Positions 1 to 9,923 of a DNA stretch of 47,011 nt are shown here, one piece after another. Position 1 is the stretch's first letter; every line of letters begins with the position of its first letter. This stretch comes from Clostridia bacterium (GTDB lineage: Bacteria > Bacillota > Clostridia > Oscillospirales > CAG-272). The notes below the pieces were generated by a model. That model ran no database searches, had not been told where the DNA came from, and saw only the letters and a program-made list of their open reading frames with translations. The DNA lies in contig JAFUMW010000120.1 of assembly GCA_017482465.1 (NCBI GenBank), forward strand, positions 1 through 47,011, read 5' to 3'. A program made the translations under genes and the position numbers.

Positions 1-44
1 CCGTTACATTTTTCTTCGTCGATCTTTATAATTTTTCTAAGCAT
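1..44 (-). CDS. 4Fe-4S dicluster (ferredoxin-like) protein, N-terminus only; runs off the window
   Basis: Manual translation MLRKIIKIDEEKCNG..., start of a CxxCxxC ferredoxin motif; AAGGAG RBS at 51-56 (-). Confidence 0.75.
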   Translation of the reverse strand, partial: MLRKIIKIDEEKCN

Positions 45-75
45 AATGTTCTCCTTAATATCTTGGTTTTGCTAC

Positions 76-1110
76 TTAAAAGCATTTGCCGTTTTTGACA
101 TCCTCAGTACCGTTTGATCTGTAGCATAATTCGTTTGCACAATGCTGAGTGTCAAAAAATCCGACAAGGTTTTCCACGGTTGTCTGTGCGATGTTAGCCA
201 GCGCTTCTTCTGTCAAAAACGCCTGATGCGAGGTTACGATCACATTGGGCATCGAGATAAGACATGCGAGCGTGTCATCCTCCATGATGTGTCCGGAATA
301 ATCCTCAAAGAAGAAGTCCGACTCTTCCTCGTATACGTCAAGGCAGGCCGCTCCGACCTTACGTGACTTGATACCCGACAAAAGCGCCTCCGCGTCTACG
401 AGCGCACCGCGTGATGTGTTGAGTATTACTACGCCGCGCTTGCATTTTTCAAGCGAGTCTTCGCTTATTATATGGTGTGTGTCCTCTGTGAGCGGGCAGT
501 GAAGTGAGATGATATCGCTGTTGGCAAACAGTTCGTCAAGTTCGGCGTATTTTACACTATCATTATCAGCGAGGTCTTTTGCGGGAAACTTGTCGTACGC
601 CAACACCTTCATGCCGAAACCGAGGCAGATATTTATAAATGCCCGTCCGATACGGCCTGTGCCTACTACGCCGACAGTTTTTCCGTGAAGATCGAAGCCT
701 GTCATCCCCGAAAGACTGAAGTTGAAGTCTCTTGTACGGATATATGCTTTGTGGATACGTCTGATAGAAGTAAGCAATAGCGCCATCGTGTGCTCGGCGA
801 CCGCATACGGCGAGTAAGCAGGTACACGCAGTACGTGTATCTTTCCGAAAGCGTGTTTCATATCAACATTATTGAATCCCGCGCAGCGTAATGCGATGAC
901 CTTCACACCAAGCTCGCATAAGCGGTCGATCACTGCGGCGTTTACCGTGTCGTTTACGAATACGCAGACTCCGTCATATCCTTGTGCAAGGTCGACCGTG
1001 TCCTCGTTAAGTTTTGTTTCGAAATATTTGAATTTTATTCCGTTTTCGCCGCCTAATTTATCAAAGGACGGCTTGTCATACGGTTTTGTGTCAAAAAATG
1101 CAATTTTCAT
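76..1110 (-). CDS. ldhA: D-lactate dehydrogenase / D-2-hydroxyacid dehydrogenase
   Basis: RCAGFNNVD, RVPAYSPYAVAEH, GTGRIG Rossmann motif, SLHCPLT, NTSRG, LDVYEEE, TSHQAF. Confidence 0.9.
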   Translation of the reverse strand: MKIAFFDTKPYDKPSFDKLGGENGIKFKYFETKLNEDTVDLAQGYDGVCVFVNDTVNAAVIDRLCELGVKVIALRCAGFNNVDMKHAFGKIHVLRVPAYSPYAVAEHTMALLLTSIRRIHKAYIRTRDFNFSLSGMTGFDLHGKTVGVVGTGRIGRAFINICLGFGMKVLAYDKFPAKDLADNDSVKYAELDELFANSDIISLHCPLTEDTHHIISEDSLEKCKRGVVILNTSRGALVDAEALLSGIKSRKVGAACLDVYEEESDFFFEDYSGHIMEDDTLACLISMPNVIVTSHQAFLTEEALANIAQTTVENLVGFFDTQHCANELCYRSNGTEDVKNGKCF

Positions 1111-1217
1111 AGTGCTCTCCGTTCAGCCGCATCCGCGGCGGTGTAAAAGTTACAAGGGATTTATTTATTTTCCTTGACTTTTCTGATCATATTATAGTAT
1201 AATAAGCACGAAAAGTA

Positions 1218-1233
1218 TGTTGAATTTTCAACA
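1218..1233. promoter_or_regulatory. Palindromic operator candidate TGTTGAATTTTCAACA
   Basis: Perfect 7-2-7 inverted repeat between divergent ldhA and the Crp/Fnr gene. Confidence 0.6.
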
Positions 1234-1247
1234 AAAGGTGAGAGACG

Positions 1248-1907
1248 ATGAAAAAATATTTTGATATTTTAAGAAAAAGTCCCCTTTTTAACAGAATAGA
1301 GGACGAGGATCTCACGGCTCTCCTTAGCTGTCTTGGCGCGAAGGTGTGCTCGTACAATAAAAAGGAAACGATCATGTCCGAGGGTGAAGAAGCCCATGAG
1401 TTCGGTATAGTTCTTTTCGGTTCGGTGCAGGTCATACAGATTGACTATTTCGGAAACAGGAGCATAGTTTCGGATGTAACTCCCGGCGAGATATTCGGGG
1501 AAGCGTTTGCATGTGCAGGCGAAAGCGAGATACCAGTGAGCGTAGTTGCAAACGAAGCGTGTGAGGTCATGTTTATTGACTGTAACCGTGCTATGCACTC
1601 CTGCTCAAATGCCTGTGAGTTTCATTCGAAGATAATATTTAATTTAATGAAGATCATGGCGCTTAAGAATATAATGTTTCATCAGAAGCTGCAGATAACG
1701 TCAAAGCGTACCACAAGAGAAAAACTGCTGACCTATCTTATGCAGCAGGCAAAAAGGAACAACAGCAACAGCTTTGAGATACCGTTTGACCGACAGGAGC
1801 TTGCAGATTATCTTGAGGTGGACAGAAGCGGATTGTCGGCAGAGATAAGCAAACTCAGAGACGAGGGAATAATTGAGTCGCAAAAAAGCCGATTTAGATT
1901 GCTGTGA
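1248..1907 (+). CDS. Crp/Fnr family transcriptional regulator (HcpR-like)
   Basis: cNMP-binding-like domain (PGEIFGEAFA), C-terminal HTH RQELADYLEVDRSGLSAEISKL, Cys-rich CNRAMHSCSNACEFH. Confidence 0.9.
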   Translation: MKKYFDILRKSPLFNRIEDEDLTALLSCLGAKVCSYNKKETIMSEGEEAHEFGIVLFGSVQVIQIDYFGNRSIVSDVTPGEIFGEAFACAGESEIPVSVVANEACEVMFIDCNRAMHSCSNACEFHSKIIFNLMKIMALKNIMFHQKLQITSKRTTREKLLTYLMQQAKRNNSNSFEIPFDRQELADYLEVDRSGLSAEISKLRDEGIIESQKSRFRLL

Positions 1908-1919
1908 TTATGTAATGTA

Positions 1920-1948
1920 TTGACGATTCGTTTATTATATGATATAAT
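1920..1948 (+). promoter_or_regulatory. sigmaA promoter for trpB
   Basis: TTGACG-17-TATAAT with TG extension. Confidence 0.65.
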
Positions 1949-2007
1949 GCTGTCATGTGTATTAATAAAGCCGGAGTAAAAATTGAATTTGCGGAGGATA
2001 AATTATT

Positions 2008-3225
2008 ATGAAATTTAACGGAATAGAATTTGATACATACTTTAAGAATTACCCCGATAAAAACGGGTTCTTCGGTAAATATGGCGGATCGTACATTTCC
2101 GAGGATCTGAAAAAGGCTATGGAAGAGATAACCGAGGCGTACTTTACGATCTGCAAATCCAGCAAGTTCATATCCGAGCTTCGCAAGATACGCAAAGAAT
2201 TCCAAGGCAGACCCACACCGATCTCGTATCTCGAGCGTCTTTCGGGAAAGCTTGGGAATGTTCAGCTTTATGTAAAGAGAGAAGACCTCAACCACACAGG
2301 TGCACATAAGCTCAACCACTGCATGGGCGAAGCACTTCTTGCGAAGTATATGGGCAAGAAGAAGGTCATTGCAGAGACCGGAGCAGGTCAGCACGGCGTT
2401 GCTCTTGCGACAGCTGCGGCTTATTTCGGACTTGAATGTGATATCTACATGGGTTCTGTCGATATAAAGAAGCAGGCGCCCAATGTTGCGAGAATGAAGA
2501 TACTCGGTGCTAATGTTGTTGAGGTAACACACGGACTTGCGACACTCAAAGAAGCGGTCGACGCCGCATTCGATGCATACACCAGAGAGTACAAGGACGC
2601 GATCTACTGTATCGGCTCGGTCGTCGGACCGCATCCGTTCCCGATGATGGTACGTGATTTCCAGAGCGTGGTCGGCATTGAGGCGAGAGAACAGTTTGTT
2701 GAAATGACAGGCGAGCTTCCCGATGCGGTCGTTGCCTGCGTTGGCGGCGGTTCTAACGCCATGGGCATGTTCTCGGGCTTCCTTAACGATCCGGTCGATA
2801 TTTACGGTATTGAGCCGCTCGGCAGATCAACGGCACTCGGCGATCACGCCGCAAGCCTGCAGTATGGCGAAGAGGGTGTGATGCATGGCTTTAACAGCAT
2901 CATGTTAAAGGATGAAAACGGAGATCCGGCGCCGGTATACTCGGTCGCAAGCGGACTTGATTATCCGTCATCCGGTCCCGAGCACGCCTTCCTTCATGAC
3001 CTCGGCAGGGTAAAATACGACGTTATAAACGACGAAGAGACCATAGACGCGTTCTTTACGCTTTCAAGACTCGAGGGTATTATTCCCGCGATCGAAAGCT
3101 CGCACGCGGTAGCATACGGCATGAAGCTTGCGAAAAAGATGGGCAGAGGTTCGATACTCATCTGTCTTTCGGGCAGAGGCGATAAGGACATGGACTATAT
3201 TATCGAAAAATACGGAATAAGATAA
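2008..3225 (+). CDS. trpB: Tryptophan synthase beta subunit
   Basis: [12 protein letters not shown] (PLP lysine), [31 protein letters not shown]. Confidence 0.95.
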   Translation: MKFNGIEFDTYFKNYPDKNGFFGKYGGSYISEDLKKAMEEITEAYFTICKSSKFISELRKIRKEFQGRPTPISYLERLSGKLGNVQLYVKREDLNHTGAHKLNHCMGEALLAKYMGKKKVIAETGAGQHGVALATAAAYFGLECDIYMGSVDIKKQAPNVARMKILGANVVEVTHGLATLKEAVDAAFDAYTREYKDAIYCIGSVVGPHPFPMMVRDFQSVVGIEAREQFVEMTGELPDAVVACVGGGSNAMGMFSGFLNDPVDIYGIEPLGRSTALGDHAASLQYGEEGVMHGFNSIMLKDENGDPAPVYSVASGLDYPSSGPEHAFLHDLGRVKYDVINDEETIDAFFTLSRLEGIIPAIESSHAVAYGMKLAKKMGRGSILICLSGRGDKDMDYIIEKYGIR

Positions 3226-3237
3226 ATAAACAAAATA

Positions 3238-3270
3238 AAACAGCCGATGTTTTTGTGACATCGGCTGTTT
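3238..3270. terminator. Intrinsic terminator between convergent trpB and degV
   Basis: AAACAGCCGATGT / ACATCGGCTGTTT 13-bp stem. Confidence 0.8.
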
Positions 3271-3337
3271 CGTTATTTGTATATTTTTTCAGAGTCCCCA
3301 AGGTTTTATTTTCTGTGTTTACTTGAGCTTATCTTAC

Positions 3338-4180
3338 TTATTCGTGCTCAAAGCCAACGAGCATACCGTGCTTTTCGGCGTAGAAGCTGCAAAGTCCGCC
3401 GCAAGCGTATATTTCGGTTTCGGCATTTGCAAATTCAGATCTGATCATAGCATCGAGCTGTTTTGCTGCGTTTTCGTTGAAGCAGTGTGCGATCTTTACC
3501 TTGCCGCCTTTGTAGCCGATCGACTTCATCTGCGTGAATATTTCTTCGATCGCTCTCTTTTCGCCGCGGCACTTATTAAGCGGCTCAAGATCGCCCTTTG
3601 CGCTCGCCTTGCCTACGACCCTGATGCCAAGTAATCCCGCCATCTTGGCAACGAGCGGACTTACGCGTCCGTTGTTTGCAAGATTTTTCATTGATTCAAG
3701 CATGAAGAGAAGCGCGGTATTATTGCAGTAATTGGTGACTGTATCGCATATATCTTCATAACTATTACCTTCAAGGATAAGTTCTTGTATCTTGTATATA
3801 AGAAGTGCGATCTCGGGTCCCGCGGTCAGTGAATTGAGCACGAATACGCGGCGCTCCGGATATTTTTCTTCATAAGTTTTTTTGGCAAGCATCGCGGCGT
3901 TGTAGCTGCCCGACAGTGTTGCGGTTATGGTAATGCAATATATCTCCTCGGCATCGCCGAAGGCAGCAAGCCAATCTTCGGAGTTAGGACACGAGCTTGA
4001 CGATTTGCCCTTATATGACTGCAGGTCGTTGACCATTTCAAGAACATCAAGCTCTGAGTTGTCGACATATTGCTTTTCTGAAGTGATAATTTTAAGCGGC
4101 GCAGATGTGAAGTCCACTGATGGCAGGCTTGAAAGGTCTCCGGATGAATCGGCTACGATCTTGATCTTTTTATCATTCAT
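3338..4180 (-). CDS. DegV family fatty-acid binding protein
   Basis: KIVADSS, SSSCPN, LSGSYNAA, NLANNGRV; start moved to MNDKK, which follows a GAGGA RBS. Confidence 0.88.
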   Translation of the reverse strand: MNDKKIKIVADSSGDLSSLPSVDFTSAPLKIITSEKQYVDNSELDVLEMVNDLQSYKGKSSSSCPNSEDWLAAFGDAEEIYCITITATLSGSYNAAMLAKKTYEEKYPERRVFVLNSLTAGPEIALLIYKIQELILEGNSYEDICDTVTNYCNNTALLFMLESMKNLANNGRVSPLVAKMAGLLGIRVVGKASAKGDLEPLNKCRGEKRAIEEIFTQMKSIGYKGGKVKIAHCFNENAAKQLDAMIRSEFANAETEIYACGGLCSFYAEKHGMLVGFEHE

Positions 4181-4559
4181 TGTGTTTTCCTCGTTTTTGC
4201 TCTTGCACAAGCCTGTATATTTTTCGAAAAAGTGTGTTTGCAATATTATTGACAGGTGTGTGCATTTGTTAGAATTTGTATAAAGTCAACTTCTATATCT
4301 TACCATGTCAATATTAAATAATTATTAACGTTTTGTGATTTTTGAATTTATAAAATGACATGATGCCCAATATTAAGATCAGATAAAAACGGGAATATTT
4401 ATTTTTTTAGGTAAATATGGAATATAGTTTGCTTTTTTGGTGTCAGTGTGTCAAAAAATATTGACTTTTATTTTTTTGTGTGTTAGCATAAAAAGCAGTT
4501 AGCGGCAACATATGCCGAATCGGGAAAATACAGGATAAGCAACCGTAAAGGAGTTAACA

Positions 4560-5927
4560 ATGTCATTAATGACTCGAGATAGGGCGTTTTATAAAAGCTT
4601 CTTCAAGCTTTTCAGAATGCTTGTTTTACAGAATGTTATAGTATTGAGTGTAAATCTTGCCGATAATATTATGATCGGATCGTACAGCGAAACGGCACTA
4701 TCCGGTGTCGCGGCTGTAAATCAGATACAGTTTTTGTTCCAGACAATAGTGAGCGGCTGCGCGGAGGCGCTTGTTGTTCTCGGAAGTCAGTATTGGGGGC
4801 AGAATAAAACGACCCCGATCAAAAAGGCGTTTTCGGGAGCTTTTTTGCTTGCTGAAGTATTTGCTGTAGTTTTGTTTGTTCTTGCCGCGTGTATTCCGGG
4901 AGATGTTGTCGGACTGTTTTCCGAAACGGATGCGATCGTTGAAAGCGGCGTAAGCTACATAAATGTTATTAAATACACATATCCCGTATTTGCAGCGACT
5001 ACCGTGCTTTTAGCCTTGCTTCGCACGGTTGAAACGGTGAAGATAGCGTTTTACGTATCGATAATGACGCTGTGTACCAACGTGGCGATAAATTATACTC
5101 TGATCGGCGGTAATTTCGGTGCGCCCGCACTCGGAGAGGTGGGTGCGGCTGTCGGTACACTCGTTGCACGTGTCCTTGAGCTTATCGTTGTGATCTGTTA
5201 TATTATCTTCAAGGATAAAAAGTTAAGCTTTCGCTTCAGGGAAATGTTTAATATTGACCGCGTGCTGTTTGCTGACTACCTCAGACTTTCACGTTCGTTT
5301 GTGGTTGTCGGAGCGCTGTTCGGAGCATCGACCGCACTTCAAAGCGTTATACTCGGACATATGAACGACTCCGCGATCGCTGCAAACTCTGTTGCAACAA
5401 CGCTCTATCAGATACTCAAGGTAGCGGCGATAGGAGCGGCATCTGCGGCATCGGTAATCATCGGTAAGACTGTGGGTACAGGTAACATCGGCAAGGTAAA
5501 GGAGTATTCGAGAACACTTCAATGTATGTTTGTGTGTATTGGTCTGCTTACGAGCGCGGCGCTGTTTATGCTTAGAATACCGATACTTTCGCTTTACGAT
5601 CTCTCTCCCGAGACAAAGGCGATGGCTAACGAGTTTTTGTTGGTTTTATGTGTTACTTGTATCGGAACGGCGTACCAGATGCCGACGTGTACGGGTATAA
5701 TAAGAGGCGGAGGAGACGCGAACTTCGTTGTGAAAAACGATATAATCAGTATATGGTGCATAGTGATACCGGTATCGTTTCTTGCGGCATTCAAATTCGG
5801 TGCGCCGCCGACAGCGGTGGTGTTTTTATTAAATTCCGATCAGATATTTAAGTGTGCCGCGGCTGCGATAAAGGTCAACCGCTATAATTTTATAAAAAAG
5901 CTCACGCGTGACACGCAGAGCGAGTAG
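4560..5927 (+). CDS. MATE family efflux transporter
   Basis: About 12 hydrophobic segments; NLADNIMIG, GSQYWG, GAAVGTLVAR, GIIRGGGD. Confidence 0.9.
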   Translation: MSLMTRDRAFYKSFFKLFRMLVLQNVIVLSVNLADNIMIGSYSETALSGVAAVNQIQFLFQTIVSGCAEALVVLGSQYWGQNKTTPIKKAFSGAFLLAEVFAVVLFVLAACIPGDVVGLFSETDAIVESGVSYINVIKYTYPVFAATTVLLALLRTVETVKIAFYVSIMTLCTNVAINYTLIGGNFGAPALGEVGAAVGTLVARVLELIVVICYIIFKDKKLSFRFREMFNIDRVLFADYLRLSRSFVVVGALFGASTALQSVILGHMNDSAIAANSVATTLYQILKVAAIGAASAASVIIGKTVGTGNIGKVKEYSRTLQCMFVCIGLLTSAALFMLRIPILSLYDLSPETKAMANEFLLVLCVTCIGTAYQMPTCTGIIRGGGDANFVVKNDIISIWCIVIPVSFLAAFKFGAPPTAVVFLLNSDQIFKCAAAAIKVNRYNFIKKLTRDTQSE

Positions 5928-6160
5928 AATTGCATATATAAAGCATTGTTGCAATTATTTATATCAGAATAAACAAAAATAACACATTTGCTATTTCGTT
6001 ATCACGATTTTTCTGTCAAAATCAAATATAGGATTTTGAGATGATCAGGTGTTAAAAAATATTTTGGTGAAATTTGTTTAAAATATTTACAAATTATACG
6101 GTTTATGATATAATTTTTTTGTAAAAATCTGCATATGTGCAGTAATATTAGGAGGGAAAA

Positions 6161-9100
6161 ATGAAAAAGACTCTCGCGCTTTTGCTTACCCTTATCATGC
6201 TGTTTACGGCAGTTCCGATGTCTGTATCGGCTGATGAGGATTATTATGCCTATGGAGCTATCGGACTTGACAACGCGATTTTCATGGGTGCCACAGGTAT
6301 GAGTACAACGATTGAGGAAGAAAACGGAATATCATATCTTCACTACGTTGTATCTCCGGGAACGTATACTAACAACAATCTTCAGATCGCTTTCGCGCCG
6401 AACACGTTTTCGATTGCGGATTATGCGTACATAAAGGTAGGCTACCGTACCGATTGTACCAAGGATAACATAAACACGTCCTCGCGCAGTTTGGTTGGCG
6501 AAAGCTGGTACAGTTCGGGTCATCCCAAGCAGACAGGCGACGGAAAATGGCATGATGTGATCTTTGATACCAACAAGCTTACAGGCGGTAAGGGACTTTT
6601 GAAAAAGGGCGATAATACTGCTACTCTTGTACTCAAGCCCTACGGCTCGCAGACGGTCACTATAGCCAAGGAATCGTATTTCGACATTCAGTATGTTGCC
6701 TGCTTCAAGACAGAAGCCGAGGCGATCGCGTATAAATACACACCCGAATCCGAAACCAAGGTTGAGGTAAAGGCTGTTGAAAATGCCCTTGCAAAGGCTG
6801 ACGACGAGCTTCTTGCCAAGTATATGGCAGAGGCTGACGCACTCATAGAAGAGATCATAAATATGCCTACGACTGTTGAGGTCACAGGCACGAAATATTA
6901 TGTTTCCGCAAACGGAAGCGATGACAATGACGGTCTTACACCCGAAACTGCATGGAGAACTGTCGAAAAGGTCAATGCGGTAAAATATAATGCAGGTGAC
7001 GGCGTATTCTTCAGACGTGGCGACGAGTGGAGAATAGTTACACCGTTATATGTAAAAGACGGCGTTACATACTCCGCATACGGCGAGGGAGCAAAGCCCA
7101 GAATTATTGCATCCGTCGATGGTATGGGTGAAGACAAGTGGGCGCTTACCAAGTATGAAAACATATATATGTTCAATGAGCGTATACCCGATTCGCGTGA
7201 CGTTGGTACGATCGTATTCGACGGCGGTGATGCGTGGGGCATACAGATCCAGCAGACGACCGAGGGTAACTGGCTTGAGATAGGCAGGGTGTACAACGGT
7301 CTTGAATGGTACGATACACCTACGGGTGCGTTTGCCGGATATCAGGATCTCTGCTATGATCTCCAGTTCTACCACGATTGGGGTTCGGATACACTCTATC
7401 TTTATTCCAAAGACGGAAACCCGGGTGAGCGCTTTTCTTCGATCGAGATCGTTGACAAGGGACACGGTATCTCTGGCGCGGGCGAAGCTCAGAACGATGC
7501 CGCAGGATCTGCGGATATCGTTATAGATAACTTTGAAATATATGGAGCCGGTGCTCACGGTGTGGGAAGTCTCGGATATGTTAAAAACGTGACCGTTCAG
7601 AACTGTGTGTTCAAGTGGATCGGCGGTTCTATTCAGGGCAAGGGACTATTCGACCGAAACTACGGCGTACGCTACGGCAACGCTGTAGAATCCTACGGCT
7701 CGAGCGAAAACTTCACTATAGCATATTGCTATGCGACACAGGTGTATGACTGCTGTTGGACTGTGCAGCAACAGGAGGCGGCGACATTTATAAATACATC
7801 TATGCATCATAACGTTGCCGAATTCTGTAACACAGGTCTTGAGGTATGGCAGGAGGGCGGAACGATCTCGGGCATGGATCTTCATGATAACTATACCCGT
7901 TTCAACGGCTACGGCTGGAGCCATCAGCGCCCGAACAAGGACCCCAACTTCTTCTACGGCGGCTCGGGCGGTCTTACGACAACATATGAAAACAATAGTG
8001 TACACAACAACGTGAATATGCTTTCGCAGAAGTATGCGTTTAAGGTTCGTGCTACAGGCTCAGAGCAGTACAACTTCCATGATAACATATATATCATGGA
8101 GGAAGGAACGTATCTCGGCGGTCTTGCGGCATATCCCGGTACCGGCGCCGGCGGTTTCTCGGACATTATGTATACCGAGAAGGATATCGGCAGGGCTCTC
8201 GGTACAGGCTTTGAGGCAGGCGGTAAGTTCTACGTGACAGAACCTGAGCCTTACGGCGATATGTTCGACCTTTACGTTCCCGAAAAGGTCGGAATTGATC
8301 TGTTTGCGGATATCCCGGAGAACTTTTGGGGCAGAGACGCTATCAGCTTTGTATATCGCAACGGCTACTTTAACGGCGTAAGTGAGACAGAATTTTCTCC
8401 GAACGGCTCTATGACACGCGCTATGCTTGTGACCGTGCTTTCTCGTATGGCGGGCGAGGGCGCGAATGCCGCTGACGCAACGTATACAGATATAAATAAG
8501 AGCGCGTGGTACGCCGCAGGCGTAGCATGGGCTGAAAAGGCAGGGATCGTAAATGCGGGCGGCACGTTCAGACCCGATGAGAACGCGACTCGCGAGGAGC
8601 TTGCGGATATGCTCTACAGGTTTGCATCTTACAGCTATCGCAAGACCGATCTTACAGGTGCTTCGGATTTCAAGGACTCCGCGACTGTAAACGCGGCATA
8701 TGCGGACGGAATCAAATTCTGTACAAGCAACGGTATAATCGGAGGTTATGAGGACGGTACGATCAAGCCCAAAAACAGTGCGACACGTGCAGAAGTGGCG
8801 ACAATGATGATGCGCTTTGCAAATTATCTTGAAAACACCGAGTATGACAATGCAAAGATAGAAGCAAATTCCAAAAAGGTAGTTGTTACGGGAGATGCTC
8901 TCAAGAAAATACTTGACAATAAAGATGTCCGCGCTACAGTACAGGAGGACAAAACGGTAAAATTTACCCCGTTCAAGGAAAACGGAAGCGCTTATATCGG
9001 CATTCTTAATTCACTCAACAAGGATATCAGCTTCCTTGAGTACCCCTATATTGCGATAAAGTTTGATACAAATCTCGGCGGTAGCATAATTGCAAAGCTT

Positions 9101-9361
9101 TTTGAAAGCAGTACTTTGAATGCTGCCCTTAAAGAAACAAATATACAGAGCTTGGAAGCTGCACAGGCATCGGGAATGATCTTTGATATGACCGAATATA
9201 CATCGACTGTGGATAAGAGCTCATATGAGTATAATCTTGTCTTAAGGATTTATCCTTGGGGTCAGGCGAGCACAGCGATGAGCGCGGACGAATACTTTAC
9301 TATCGAAGAGATCGTGTTCTTCGATAATTTGATCGCAGCTGAAAGCTATCTCGCAGATTAA
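6161..9361 (+). CDS. Secreted S-layer-homology (SLH) protein with a parallel beta-helix (polysaccharide lyase-like) core
   Basis: Signal peptide; YYVSANGSDDNDGLTPETAWRT and FRRGDEWR beta-helix entry motifs; three SLH repeats (TRAM, TREE, TRAE); AGGAGG RBS. Confidence 0.8.
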   Translation: MKKTLALLLTLIMLFTAVPMSVSADEDYYAYGAIGLDNAIFMGATGMSTTIEEENGISYLHYVVSPGTYTNNNLQIAFAPNTFSIADYAYIKVGYRTDCTKDNINTSSRSLVGESWYSSGHPKQTGDGKWHDVIFDTNKLTGGKGLLKKGDNTATLVLKPYGSQTVTIAKESYFDIQYVACFKTEAEAIAYKYTPESETKVEVKAVENALAKADDELLAKYMAEADALIEEIINMPTTVEVTGTKYYVSANGSDDNDGLTPETAWRTVEKVNAVKYNAGDGVFFRRGDEWRIVTPLYVKDGVTYSAYGEGAKPRIIASVDGMGEDKWALTKYENIYMFNERIPDSRDVGTIVFDGGDAWGIQIQQTTEGNWLEIGRVYNGLEWYDTPTGAFAGYQDLCYDLQFYHDWGSDTLYLYSKDGNPGERFSSIEIVDKGHGISGAGEAQNDAAGSADIVIDNFEIYGAGAHGVGSLGYVKNVTVQNCVFKWIGGSIQGKGLFDRNYGVRYGNAVESYGSSENFTIAYCYATQVYDCCWTVQQQEAATFINTSMHHNVAEFCNTGLEVWQEGGTISGMDLHDNYTRFNGYGWSHQRPNKDPNFFYGGSGGLTTTYENNSVHNNVNMLSQKYAFKVRATGSEQYNFHDNIYIMEEGTYLGGLAAYPGTGAGGFSDIMYTEKDIGRALGTGFEAGGKFYVTEPEPYGDMFDLYVPEKVGIDLFADIPENFWGRDAISFVYRNGYFNGVSETEFSPNGSMTRAMLVTVLSRMAGEGANAADATYTDINKSAWYAAGVAWAEKAGIVNAGGTFRPDENATREELADMLYRFASYSYRKTDLTGASDFKDSATVNAAYADGIKFCTSNGIIGGYEDGTIKPKNSATRAEVATMMMRFANYLENTEYDNAKIEANSKKVVVTGDALKKILDNKDVRATVQEDKTVKFTPFKENGSAYIGILNSLNKDISFLEYPYIAIKFDTNLGGSIIAKLFESSTLNAALKETNIQSLEAAQASGMIFDMTEYTSTVDKSSYEYNLVLRIYPWGQASTAMSADEYFTIEEIVFFDNLIAAESYLAD

Positions 9362-9364
9362 CAC

Positions 9365-9406
9365 AGAAAAAATCATGGCAAAAGTAATTTTGCCATGATT
9401 TTTTCT
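9365..9406 (+). terminator. Intrinsic terminator
   Basis: 19-bp inverted repeat AGAAAAAATCATGGCAAAA / TTTTGCCATGATTTTTTCT. Confidence 0.85.
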
Positions 9407-9592
9407 TATATTGGTAGGACATTTTTATAAAACAGTATTTTTTATATTTATCGAAAAAGTTATTGTCTTTCATTTTTTCGGTATGATACTATAAACAAAA
9501 CACCTGCGTTACGGGTAAAAAAGAGAAAGCTTACCAAAAATCTTAAGCCGTCAAAGCTTCGGGGAAAAGCGTATTTTATGTAATTTACCAAA

Positions 9593-9754
9593 GTACTTAT
9601 TGATAAGTATATGAAGGATCGTGACGATCAGATAGAAAATATCATCAATTCTCCAACTACAATTAAGAGCGTCGGCGACCTTTATTATATCAACGCGGAC
9701 GGAAACGATGGACGTACACCCGAGAGCGCGTGGAAAACAGTTGATAAGCTTTGA
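9593..9754 (+). pseudogene. Relic of a paralog of the upstream beta-helix SLH protein
   Basis: Translates to DKYMKDRDDQIENIINSPTTIKSVGDLYYINADGNDGRTPESAWKTVDKL*, aligning with AKYMAEADALIEEIINMPTTVEVTGTKYYVSANGSDDNDGLTPETAWRTVEKV. Confidence 0.85.
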
Positions 9755-9923
9755 ATTTCCAAGAGCTGACATTTATGATCGCCGTGCATATTGCGCGGCG
9801 GTTCTTTCAATACGCAAAACTCAACCGGTGCGTGTTTTTTGTGTGTCAATCACTTTATAAGTGGTTGCATATTGTGTGTTTTTTTGATACAATAAAGAAA
9901 AATCGGTAACATTGGGGTAAGCC

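Noticed and set aside
4181-4559. AT-rich 380-bp region between degV and MATE as a riboswitch or sRNA
   Set aside because: Only weak short stems and promoter-like hexamers; no recognisable aptamer or terminator
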